Positions 36,037-43,895 of a DNA stretch of 43,895 nt are shown in pieces. The notes under the pieces were generated by a model. It was not told the DNA's origin, did not search any database, and was given only the letters and a program-made list of their open reading frames with translations. The position numbers were made by a program, and so were the translations under genes. Source of the stretch: a virus; the UHGV virus genome UHGV-0356621; one strand, given 5' to 3'. Numbering within the stretch: the stretch's first letter is position 1; every line of letters begins with the position of its first letter.

Positions 36037-36304
36037 CCAAGTACCAAGAGGTGTCTGCGGCTTCGGAAACCAGTACGTAATAGCTTTGCTTTACACTACT
36101 AGCTATACCTCTGACTTCCTCTCTAACGTTATATGCAGTTGATGTTTTTACGGTTGTATATTCAGCTGTTGGGAGGTTAAACCAAGTGCCATTACCATCC
36201 TGTATCTCACGCGAATAACCCTTTGCTTTCATCTTTTCATGAAGATTTTCATAGTCTTCAGAATCAGCGCCGCGCAACTCAACTCGAACAATATATCTTG
36301 CCAT
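36026..36304 (-). CDS. Hypothetical protein (92 aa), AT-rich gene antisense to the early-left operon
   Basis: ORF MARYIVRVELRGADSEDYENLHEKMKAKGY... with AGGAAT RBS; DNA is visibly AT-rich; the longer track ORF (to 36595) is an upstream extension. Confidence 0.5.
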   Translation of the reverse strand: MARYIVRVELRGADSEDYENLHEKMKAKGYSREIQDGNGTWFNLPTAEYTTVKTSTAYNVREEVRGIASSVKQSYYVLVSEAADTSWYLAKK

Positions 36305-36530
36305 AAGAAGATTCCTATATTGACTGTGGAATGAGCAACATATCAGTTTCCTTTGACTGTGGAAAGCAAAGGGACACGGGCCGGGCGTGGATAAAAATCC
36401 CGGCAATAACTGGAATGTTTTGTAGTGCAGTGAATTGCAGCTGCATCGACGGCAACCGGAAGATAAGCACCCGGCGCTGCACCACAAAGCATTTCTCCCG
36501 CATCCGCGGGTAACGACAGAGGGTAAAAGG

Positions 36531-36827
36531 ATGATCGACGACATCAAGCGCATCGACTCAATGATAAATGTGCTTCGAAATATGAAACAGGACATTAAGC
36601 GCCAGCAGAAACTAAGTGAAATAAACAGCTTAGACCTTACGCCAAAGCAAGCTCAAAAGCGCAATGCCGATGCTGGCTGGATTGCGATGGAACAGATTAA
36701 GCGCCGGCATGAGCTGCACGCTCTGTCAGTTGAGCTTGGGTTCGCTGAACGCCGGGAAAGTTATGCTCCATTTGAATTAACTGACGGGTGGCACCGATTC
36801 AACCACAAGCCGCGCGAACCTCAATAG
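36531..36827 (+). CDS. Hypothetical early protein
   Basis: 98 aa from the ATG at 36531 after an AAAAGG RBS. Confidence 0.4.
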   Translation: MIDDIKRIDSMINVLRNMKQDIKRQQKLSEINSLDLTPKQAQKRNADAGWIAMEQIKRRHELHALSVELGFAERRESYAPFELTDGWHRFNHKPREPQ

Positions 36828-36980
36828 CCGCCTAGCCAGCGGCTTTTTCATACCTGGAGTCATTTACGAGTGGCTTAGTTATGACAACCGGCGGCCATCC
36901 ATCGCCCATTGAAACACATAAAAGTGCGTTGAAGTCTTGTATTAACCGTTCCGTTCGCCGCGATAAGGCTAAGAGGATTT

Positions 36981-37241
36981 ATGAGCACTGTAAAGATGAT
37001 TGGCGCCAGTCCACTAACTGGAACAATTTTCGAAGGACGACTTAACCCAGTCAAAAGCTGCTGGGTTGGAAAGAAAACAGATGTTACCGATATGGTTCTG
37101 AGAGCTACCGCTGACCACCTCTACGTTGTGAAAAAGGAATATGCGTTCCCGTTACGAGACGGAAAGGTGGCTGTGTTGAGCATGCATATTTTCGATGAAT
37201 TGCCAGAGCGCTTCATTGGTGGCACGGAGCATGGCGAATGA
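36981..37241 (+). CDS. Hypothetical early protein
   Basis: 86 aa; stop overlaps the next ATG (ATGA). Confidence 0.4.
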   Translation: MSTVKMIGASPLTGTIFEGRLNPVKSCWVGKKTDVTDMVLRATADHLYVVKKEYAFPLRDGKVAVLSMHIFDELPERFIGGTEHGE

Positions 37242-37399
37242 TGACAGTCACCCACAACGGCAAGCAGTACACCGCCAAAAAGCTCAACGATAACGAGTGG
37301 CAGCTGACGTCCGTATCGGCACCGCGTGAAAAGCTGACGCTTAACCGCTGGCAGATGCATATGGCTGGCCTCCTGGTACAGGTAGAGGTGAAGGTATGA
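37238..37399 (+). CDS. Small hypothetical protein (53 aa)
   Basis: ATGA overlaps at both ends link it to the neighbouring ORFs; below the track cutoff. Confidence 0.35.
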   Translation: MMTVTHNGKQYTAKKLNDNEWQLTSVSAPREKLTLNRWQMHMAGLLVQVEVKV

Positions 37400-37602
37400 T
37401 TGGAATGCACTACGGCACCGCATCAGTGCCACGTAGCGAGGTTTTACCTGGCACAATGCTGCAACACCACGGCAAAACTTATCGCGCCTCTGCGAACGTT
37501 GAGAAAGGCCTGTACGCCTTCAACATCTTCGAAAAAACCATCATCAAAAGTGATTCCGTCGTTGTGCTGCTGAATGAGCGCGGCGAGCCGATGGTTCACT
37601 GA
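37396..37602 (+). CDS. Hypothetical early protein
   Basis: 68 aa, translationally coupled to the preceding small ORF. Confidence 0.35.
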   Translation: MIGMHYGTASVPRSEVLPGTMLQHHGKTYRASANVEKGLYAFNIFEKTIIKSDSVVVLLNERGEPMVH

Positions 37603-37678
37603 TACCAACCAACCTATTCAACCGATCGGCCTGGCTAAAAGCGGGCGGGATCTGCACATCCAAATTTCAGGAGAAACC

Positions 37679-38650
37679 ATGAGCGAAGTAACGGACTTAA
37701 CTGTCATCGAAATCAAGCCGGAACAGGCCCCAGTGCTTTACGTAGCGGGCGGCCTTGACGCGTACCTTGAGCAAATCCGCCAGGCTGTAAACGAAGTGCC
37801 GGACCTGTCCACGAAGAAAGGCCGTGACCGTGTTGCCTCTCTGGCAGCGCAGGTGTCCCGCAGCAAGACGGCAATCGAAAAGCCGGGCCGTGAGTACCTG
37901 AAGCGCCTGAAAGAGGCTGTACGCCCTGCCGAGGCCGAAATTAAGCGATTCGTTGATGCCTGCGACGAGCTGCGCGATGCGACCCGCCGCCCACTCACCG
38001 AATGGGAAGCCGAGCAGGAACGCATTAAGGCTGAAGAAGCCATGAACGCGATGCACGCCGAAGCGCTGGAGATGAACATCAGGTTCGATCAGGAGCTGGC
38101 TGCCAAGTTCGAAGCGGACCACGAAATGGCTCTACTGATGAACAAGGATTTTGACCGTGACCGCGAAGAGCAGCGCCGTCTGGCGGAACAGGCTCAGCGT
38201 GAACGTGATGAGCGGCTGAAACAGGAAGCGGCAGAACAAGCCCGCCGCGATGCCGAAGCGAAGCACAAAGCGGAGATTGAAGCCGCAGCGCGCCGTGAAG
38301 CTGAAGAGAAAGCACGTGCAGAGCTGGCTGAACGCCAGCGCGTCGAAGCGGAACAGCGTGCAGCTCGCGAGAAGCAGGAAGCAGAAGCCCGGGCAGAACG
38401 CGAAAAAGCCGCGGCGGTTGAAGCCGAGCGCCTGAAGGCCAAACAGGCCGAAGATGCCCGCCTGGCCGAAGAGAAGCGCCTCGCCGATGAGCAGGCAAAG
38501 CGTGAAGCTGACGTTAAGCACCGCAAGACGGTCGGCACCAACATCGTTAACGCGCTCACCAGCAACACCAGCTTAACCCGCGAACAGGCTATCGAAGTGC
38601 TTACCGCTCTGAAAGATGACCTCATCCCCTGCGCGAAAATTCATTACTGA
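37679..38650 (+). CDS. Hypothetical protein with long Glu/Ala/Arg-rich coiled coil
   Basis: 323 aa from the ATG at 37679 (GGAGAAACC RBS); conserved N-terminal domain then about 150 aa of EAEAKHKAEIEAAARREAEEKARAE-type repeats. Confidence 0.5.
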   Translation: MSEVTDLTVIEIKPEQAPVLYVAGGLDAYLEQIRQAVNEVPDLSTKKGRDRVASLAAQVSRSKTAIEKPGREYLKRLKEAVRPAEAEIKRFVDACDELRDATRRPLTEWEAEQERIKAEEAMNAMHAEALEMNIRFDQELAAKFEADHEMALLMNKDFDRDREEQRRLAEQAQRERDERLKQEAAEQARRDAEAKHKAEIEAAARREAEEKARAELAERQRVEAEQRAAREKQEAEARAEREKAAAVEAERLKAKQAEDARLAEEKRLADEQAKREADVKHRKTVGTNIVNALTSNTSLTREQAIEVLTALKDDLIPCAKIHY

Positions 38651-38657
38651 GGCAACC

Positions 38658-38942
38658 ATGAACGCATACCTCACTTACGACCGAATCGAAGATCGGCGCT
38701 GGGTTGAGCAGCAGCTCACCGACGAGAAAGAGAAGTGGATTGACGACCGGGCGCAGGAAATCATCGACATGATGCCGAAAGACCCGACCGGCATCTTTCA
38801 CTTCTCAGTACCAATCGATTCCAGCCCGTACGAAGGACTTCGCAGCGATAAAGCTTGCGAGGCCTATAACGACTTTGTTTCGGCAGTGGCCTATGCCCAG
38901 GCAGAACACGACTGGGAACACCGCACCGGCTGCCCGTTTTAA
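38658..38942 (+). CDS. Hypothetical protein
   Basis: 94 aa from the ATG at 38658; upstream of recT. Confidence 0.4.
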   Translation: MNAYLTYDRIEDRRWVEQQLTDEKEKWIDDRAQEIIDMMPKDPTGIFHFSVPIDSSPYEGLRSDKACEAYNDFVSAVAYAQAEHDWEHRTGCPF

Positions 38943-38960
38943 TTTTTGAGGGGATTAACG

Positions 38961-39806
38961 ATGACAAACGAATTAACAATCACCGCGACTTCGCTTCAGG
39001 AAAAAGGTATCGATGTCGCTACCTGGAGCGCGCTGAAGAACAGTATCTACCCTGGTGCCAAAGACGAATCGGTAATGATGGCGCTCGATTACTGCCGTGC
39101 CCGCCAGTTGGATCCACTGCTGAAGCCCGTTCACCTCGTGCCGATGAGCGTCAAAGACTCAAGAACGGGTAAAAGCGAATGGCGCGACGTGGTCATGCCG
39201 GGCATCGGGCTTTACCGCATTCAGGCGGACCGCTCCGGCGATTATGCCGGGGCCCGCGAACCAGAGTTCGGTCCAGACGTAACTCAGACGCTTACTGGTG
39301 TAGAGGTGACTTTCCCTCAGTGGTGCAAATACACCGTCTACAAGCGCATGCCCAGCGGGGAGATCGTCGAGTTCAGCGCCAAAGAATATTGGATTGAAAA
39401 CTACGCCACCGGCGGCCGCGACACCACGGCGCCGAACGCGATGTGGAAAAAGCGCCCATACGGACAGCTGGCGAAATGCGCAGAAGCCCAGGCGTTGCGT
39501 AAGGCATGGCCTGAGATTGGACAGCAGCCTACCGCCGAAGAAATGGAAGGCAAATCACTGGACGTTGATATCCGTGACGTCACGCCGCGCAGCACCACAG
39601 AAGCGCTTCCACCAGCAGCAAGCGAAGAAACGCTTCAGGCCATCACCGATCTCTTAACATCGCTGAATAAAGACTGGGAGCAAGACTTCCTCCCAGTGTG
39701 CAGCGACATCTTCAAACGACCAATTCTTGAGGCGTCAGACCTCACTGAAGAAGAGGCACAGAAAGGGTTCAACTTCCTTCAGAAAAAAGCTAAGGCGGCA
39801 GCATGA
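38961..39806 (+). CDS. recT: RecT-family single-strand annealing recombinase
   Basis: ALDYCRARQLDPLLKPVHLVP...KDSRTG...IGLYRIQADRSGDYAG resembles Rac RecT; ATG at 38961 with GAGGGGA RBS. Confidence 0.8.
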   Translation: MTNELTITATSLQEKGIDVATWSALKNSIYPGAKDESVMMALDYCRARQLDPLLKPVHLVPMSVKDSRTGKSEWRDVVMPGIGLYRIQADRSGDYAGAREPEFGPDVTQTLTGVEVTFPQWCKYTVYKRMPSGEIVEFSAKEYWIENYATGGRDTTAPNAMWKKRPYGQLAKCAEAQALRKAWPEIGQQPTAEEMEGKSLDVDIRDVTPRSTTEALPPAASEETLQAITDLLTSLNKDWEQDFLPVCSDIFKRPILEASDLTEEEAQKGFNFLQKKAKAAA

Positions 39807-40423
39807 ACGCCAATCCACTTATGCCCGGTGAAAAATACGGGCACTTAACCGTCAAAGAACACTCGCACATGCTGAGAGGTAGAAGGATGTATCTCTGCCT
39901 TTGTGTGTGCGGTAATTCCTGCTATAGGGCCGCAAATCAGCTCAAAAACAACTCAATAAGCAGCTGCGGATGCATGATAGGAAAAAACTCCACTCATGGC
40001 CAGCGCAATACCCGCGTTTACAGGATTTGGAGCGGGATGAAAAATCGCTGCACAAACCCAAAAAACAAAGACTTCGAAAAATACAGTCAGCGCGGTATCT
40101 GCGAAAGATGGCTGACGTTCGAGCTATTTCTTGAAGATATGGGGCCACCTCCTACGCCTAAGCATCAGCTAGATCGGAAGAACAATGAAGGCCCGTATTC
40201 AAAAGAAAATTGCAGATGGGCAACGGTTACCAAGCAGGCGGAAAACAGAAGCACATCGTTTTACTGGTTTGTTGATGGGTTGCGTTTTGAAAGCGCCGGA
40301 GCCGCCGCGAATCATTTTGGCGTGAAATCAGCAACCATCCACAAATGGTGTCACGGCTACAACAATAGAGGCATTAACATCCCGCCAAGAGCCAACTGCC
40401 GTAAGGAGAGGAAATATGGATAA
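39803..40423 (+). CDS. HNH-like homing endonuclease family protein
   Basis: Cys cluster, then [13 protein letters not shown]....F.KYSQRGI.ICERW..FE.F..DMG and [21 protein letters not shown], a pattern I associate with free-standing phage HNH-type endonucleases; inserted between recT and exo with ATGA coupling. Confidence 0.5.
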   Translation: MNANPLMPGEKYGHLTVKEHSHMLRGRRMYLCLCVCGNSCYRAANQLKNNSISSCGCMIGKNSTHGQRNTRVYRIWSGMKNRCTNPKNKDFEKYSQRGICERWLTFELFLEDMGPPPTPKHQLDRKNNEGPYSKENCRWATVTKQAENRSTSFYWFVDGLRFESAGAAANHFGVKSATIHKWCHGYNNRGINIPPRANCRKERKYG

Positions 40424-41102
40424 CACGTGGCTCATTAAATTTGAGCAAATATTTGGGCCAATTGCACAAATTGAGCAAGGCAGCGAGACATGGGCAAGGG
40501 CGAGACTCGGAGTTATTACTGCCTCTGACGCTCACAACGTCATTTCCAAGCCTCGATCTGGCACCAAATGGACAGACATGAAAATGTCCTATTTCCACAC
40601 GCTGCTCGCCGAGGTATGCACCGGTGTAGCGCCAGAGGTTAACGCCAAGGCGCTGGCCTGGGGCAAGCAGTACGAAGAAGACGCCCGCACCCTCTTCGAG
40701 TTCACCACTGACGTGAAAGTCACGGAGTCTCCGATCTTGTTCCGTGACGAGAGCATGCGCACCGCCTGCTCCCCTGACGGCCTGTGCAGTAACGGGTTCG
40801 GCCTTGAGCTTAAATGCCCGTTCACCTCCCGCGACTTCATGAAATTCCGCCTTGGCGGTTTCGAAGCCATCAAGTCTGCGTACATGGCCCAGGTGCAGTA
40901 CAGCATGTGGGTGACCGGGAAAGATGCCTGGTTTTTTGCCAACTACGACCCTCGCATGAAACGCGAAGGCATTCACCATGTCGTCGTTGAGCGGGATCCG
41001 CAGTACATGACCGATTTCAACGAAATGGTGCCGGAGTTCATTGAGAAGATGGACGAGGCGCTGGCGGAAATCGGCTTCACGTTCGGGGAGCAGTGGAAAT
41101 GA
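40416..41102 (+). CDS. exo: Lambda-type exonuclease (Red-alpha)
   Basis: Very close to lambda Exo across the protein ([57 protein letters not shown]..., C-terminus [19 protein letters not shown]); AAGGAGAGG RBS. Confidence 0.92.
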   Translation: MDNTWLIKFEQIFGPIAQIEQGSETWARARLGVITASDAHNVISKPRSGTKWTDMKMSYFHTLLAEVCTGVAPEVNAKALAWGKQYEEDARTLFEFTTDVKVTESPILFRDESMRTACSPDGLCSNGFGLELKCPFTSRDFMKFRLGGFEAIKSAYMAQVQYSMWVTGKDAWFFANYDPRMKREGIHHVVVERDPQYMTDFNEMVPEFIEKMDEALAEIGFTFGEQWK

Positions 41103-41527
41103 AACGCACACCCTTCTATCGCCGGCCAGGGCGAGCCGGGCAATTCTCGGGCCTCCGCGAGCGCGTTATCTGGATGATTCAGACGCGCGGTCGCCAGGTA
41201 ACCGGCAGCGAAATCGCTGAGAAGTTTGGCGTAACGCTGATTGAGTTTAACCGGGTAGCCAACGGCATCACCCGCGGTACCGGACAGATAGCCCAGGTAG
41301 TTGAGTCGGAAAAGTGGATCAACGAGGACGGCATCTGCGACCGGACTTTCGACCTGGTCACGAAGCCGAAGGTTGTGACGCCGCAGGGCAAATCGCGCCT
41401 GTTCACCCGGCGCGCCATTGAGCAATCGCAGGAAGGTAGACGGCAGGAGTGCATAGCCCGTGCCGCCCGCCGTAGCCGCCTGATTGCTCAGGGCCTCTAC
41501 ATCGACGAAATGGAGTCCATCCTATGA
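41099..41527 (+). CDS. Hypothetical protein
   Basis: 142 aa from the ATG at 41099 (track start is GTG), coupled to the exo stop. Confidence 0.4.
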   Translation: MKRTPFYRRPGRAGQFSGLRERVIWMIQTRGRQVTGSEIAEKFGVTLIEFNRVANGITRGTGQIAQVVESEKWINEDGICDRTFDLVTKPKVVTPQGKSRLFTRRAIEQSQEGRRQECIARAARRSRLIAQGLYIDEMESIL

Positions 41528-41853
41528 CTCACGCTCACGACGACATCAGGGTTGGCGCGGTGCGCCTTCCCTGGCTCAAAGAGAAAAACGGATGGTTGCT
41601 GCCGTGGGGTGAAGTCGTTACCAACCCACTGAAGGCGCAACGACTGGCTGAAGAACTTAACGAAAAGCAGGTGGCAGCCCACCAGCGTGGGGCAAAAGTG
41701 GTGATCAGCAATTCTACCGCTCCGCGCGTAATTGAACTTTACGAACAGCACGGCTTCACGCTGCACCGCGTCAGTGCTCGCCGGGCTATATCCAGCAAAG
41801 GCAGTACCCGCGAAACAGCGAGTGATGTCGTAGCCACTTTGGGAGTGCAGTGA
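41524..41853 (+). CDS. Hypothetical protein
   Basis: 109 aa; ATGA overlap with the upstream gene. Confidence 0.4.
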   Translation: MTHAHDDIRVGAVRLPWLKEKNGWLLPWGEVVTNPLKAQRLAEELNEKQVAAHQRGAKVVISNSTAPRVIELYEQHGFTLHRVSARRAISSKGSTRETASDVVATLGVQ

Positions 41854-42095
41854 TGATGAAGCTGATTAATCGCAGTAAGCAATCACCTATTGGTCGCCGC
41901 GCTTGCGATGTTGCGCTGGCAGCTCACTTGCAAACATATGGCGACTATGGGCGAAGCAAGATGAAAGAGACTTATACGGTGAAGGTTGAAGGCGTGAAAG
42001 TCTGGGTGGAGGTGGTGAACCGAAAGGCGAGCTACGTGGCCACAGCGATGACCGGCATGCGCCGTCTCCGCTCCCTGCCCGGGCAGGTTGGTTGA
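41853..42095 (+). CDS. Hypothetical protein
   Basis: 80 aa from the ATG at 41853 with GGGAGTG RBS. Confidence 0.4.
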   Translation: MMKLINRSKQSPIGRRACDVALAAHLQTYGDYGRSKMKETYTVKVEGVKVWVEVVNRKASYVATAMTGMRRLRSLPGQVG

Positions 42096-42136
42096 AAAAG
42101 ATTTTGAATGGCCCGAACGGGCAACTGGAGAGAGCT

Positions 42137-42334
42137 ATGGATGATATTTTGGTAACGTCAGACCTGACCAGTCGCTACAAAATTTCACGCAAAACCCTTT
42201 GGTCATGGCAAAGTGCAGACACAATGCCTCGGGGCTTCGTATGCCCGTTCCCACCCCCTGACTGGCCCGGCAACCCTAACCGCTGGCGCTCTGAGTCAAT
42301 CAAAGAGTGGGAGGATAAAAAGAAGATAAATTAA
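42137..42334 (+). CDS. xis: AlpA-family excisionase / transcriptional regulator
   Basis: [24 protein letters not shown]...[10 protein letters not shown] fits the AlpA/Xis winged-helix pattern; ATG at 42137 after GGAGAGAG; convergent with int. Confidence 0.6.
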
Positions 42335-43524
42335 CTGAAGGGCTCTCCGATGATCTCTTCAAGATGGCTCTGCCAAACGCGGAGCCAGTGTTTCTGATCA
42401 TCGATATAGTCATGAAGGTTGTAATGCGCCATAACCCCCACCATCTGATGCCCGAGCAGCTTTTCAATTACGTGCGGCGGGCAACCTAACTCAGAGAGAT
42501 TTGTGGCTATCGTCCGCCTCATATCATGAAGCGACCACTCTGCCATACCTGTTCCATTCCAAATAGAACGGGCGTAATTGGATGCCACAGGTGAATGAAC
42601 GGGCGAATCTTTGATCCCGCCATCAATTTTACGTTGTGAAGTCACCAGGTGATTGGTGTTTATTTTCTTGAGGTGATTTCTGACCAGGTTAACGGCGGCG
42701 TCTGAGAGTCCCCTTCTAATATGTACCCGAGTTTTATAACTGCCCGCAGGCACGACCCACTCATTATCATCCAATCGAAACCATGATCTCTCACTAAGTC
42801 GAATCTCAGCCGTACGGCATCCGGTAAGCATAATAAATTTCACCAGGAAAACGGACTCTATCGACATATGGCTTTTCAACCACTGATAGATTTTGCGCAG
42901 ATCGTCATCGTCCATCCTGCGAGTTCTCTTTTTAGGCTTTTGCCCGACATCAGATGGCAGTAATCCCTCGAGTGGGTTTGAGGCGATCACACTTCTGTTA
43001 ACGCAGAACCTAAACGCCCGTTTGCACAGCGAAAGCATGTAATGAGCCATCACCCTGCTTTCTATAGAATCGAAGACGTTGATCCAGTGCATTTTCGCTG
43101 TGTTATCGACTTTGACATTCTTCATCGGTTCGGCGATATGTTTCTCAAACACCTGGCGATAGTAATCGACTTTAACTAGCCCGTTAGCGATACAGTGCCT
43201 TTCAATCCAGTAATTGAACGCTTCGGCAACGGACATCGCTTCCTGTCGGGTCTGCTTATCCAGCTTCACCTGCTCTCGCGGATCCAGTCCCTCAGTTAAC
43301 CAGTTTCTGAATTGTTGGCGACGCTCTCTTGCCTGGGTGATACTCATTGCAGGATAATCACCAACATTGAGTTTTACCGCTTTACCGGCCCAGCGATACC
43401 GATAGAAAAATGATATTTTTCCGGCCTGGCTGATTCTGGCGTTGAGCCCGTGCGAATCAGAAATAATCTCGATATCATCTCTTTTCTTGCCGAGCGCCTT
43501 CCTGAGCTTTGTGTCGGTGATCAT
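42331..43524 (-). CDS. int: Tyrosine integrase, P4-like family
   Basis: N-terminus [10 protein letters not shown]...[29 protein letters not shown] as in P4-type integrases; C-terminal catalytic region ...HDMRRT...LLGH...Y; start at 43524 is one of several possible. Confidence 0.85.
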
Positions 43525-43729
43525 TGAATGGGTACACATTTTTGTTTTTGGGTACACAAAAGTGTACACAAAGTTGCCCACTCAAAGCTACACGCAATGT
43601 AACACTAGTTCGCAGAGTGTTATGGTTTACATCCTTGAAAGCCTGCTGGATAAGGGTTTAGCGTAACAGAACGTTTTTACGCGGAATTGTTCGTAATATG
43701 CCAAATGACAATTTAAGAAAGTGTTCTAA

Positions 43730-43895
43730 TTTATTAGAAATTTGAACTTAAATCAAAAAGTTACGGACAATCCAACCACCAATCAATAAATTAAAGGGCA
43801 CATTAAAGTACACAAGATTTGTGCCCTTCTCTGTTTCTTTCCCGTTATCAGCTAGCTGGAAACTTTTTATACAGAGTTGAGAGCCCTACTCCATA
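43730..43895. repeat. Terminal direct repeat, copy 2; matches 1..166
   Basis: 164/166 identical to the window start; includes a truncated copy of the invertase 3' end running off the window edge. Confidence 0.9.

Noticed and set aside
38079-38625. Three overlapping minus-strand ORFs (129-143 aa) rich in Ala/Arg/Ser
   Set aside because: They are antisense reading frames through the repetitive coiled-coil gene 37679-38650; low-complexity artefacts without RBS context.
1-43895. CRISPR array, reverse transcriptase (retron/DGR), or a recognisable restriction-modification or abortive-infection operon
   Set aside because: No spaced short direct repeats and no RT, methyltransferase or known defence motifs in any ORF I read; the candidate accessory genes are listed as findings instead.

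Overview
The window is essentially one complete lambdoid temperate phage genome (unit about 43.7 kb) with a contractile, Mu/P2-like tail, most likely from an Enterobacteriaceae host. Reading from high to low coordinates on the minus strand: Cro, CII, O (with an iteron origin inside the gene), P, an accessory block, NinB, phosphatase, NinG, HNH endonuclease, Q, a tRNA-like gene, holin, endolysin, Rz/Rz1, KilA-N protein, terminase small and large subunits, portal, head genes, sheath, tube, chaperone with a -1 frameshift, tape measure, baseplate genes, tail fibres, Tfa and a Hin-type invertase. On the plus strand: CI repressor, then a leftward early operon with RecT, a second HNH-like gene, lambda-type Exo, and an AlpA-like excisionase, followed by a convergent P4-family integrase on the minus strand. 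The first 166 bp and last 166 bp of the window are the same sequence (2 mismatches), so the integrase end and the invertase end are joined; this looks like a circular or terminally redundant genome or a tandem copy rather than a single prophage with host flanks. I found no CRISPR array, no reverse transcriptase and no recognisable defence system. The best candidates for new biology are an AT-rich lipoprotein gene inserted in the baseplate cluster, AT-rich small genes beside the immunity region, a block of uncharacterised genes between replication and nin genes, and an invertase with no visible invertible segment. All product calls rest on reading the translated ORFs against remembered protein families; no database search was run. 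Several ORF-track starts are TTG/GTG and I moved them to the nearest ATG with a Shine-Dalgarno where I could verify it.
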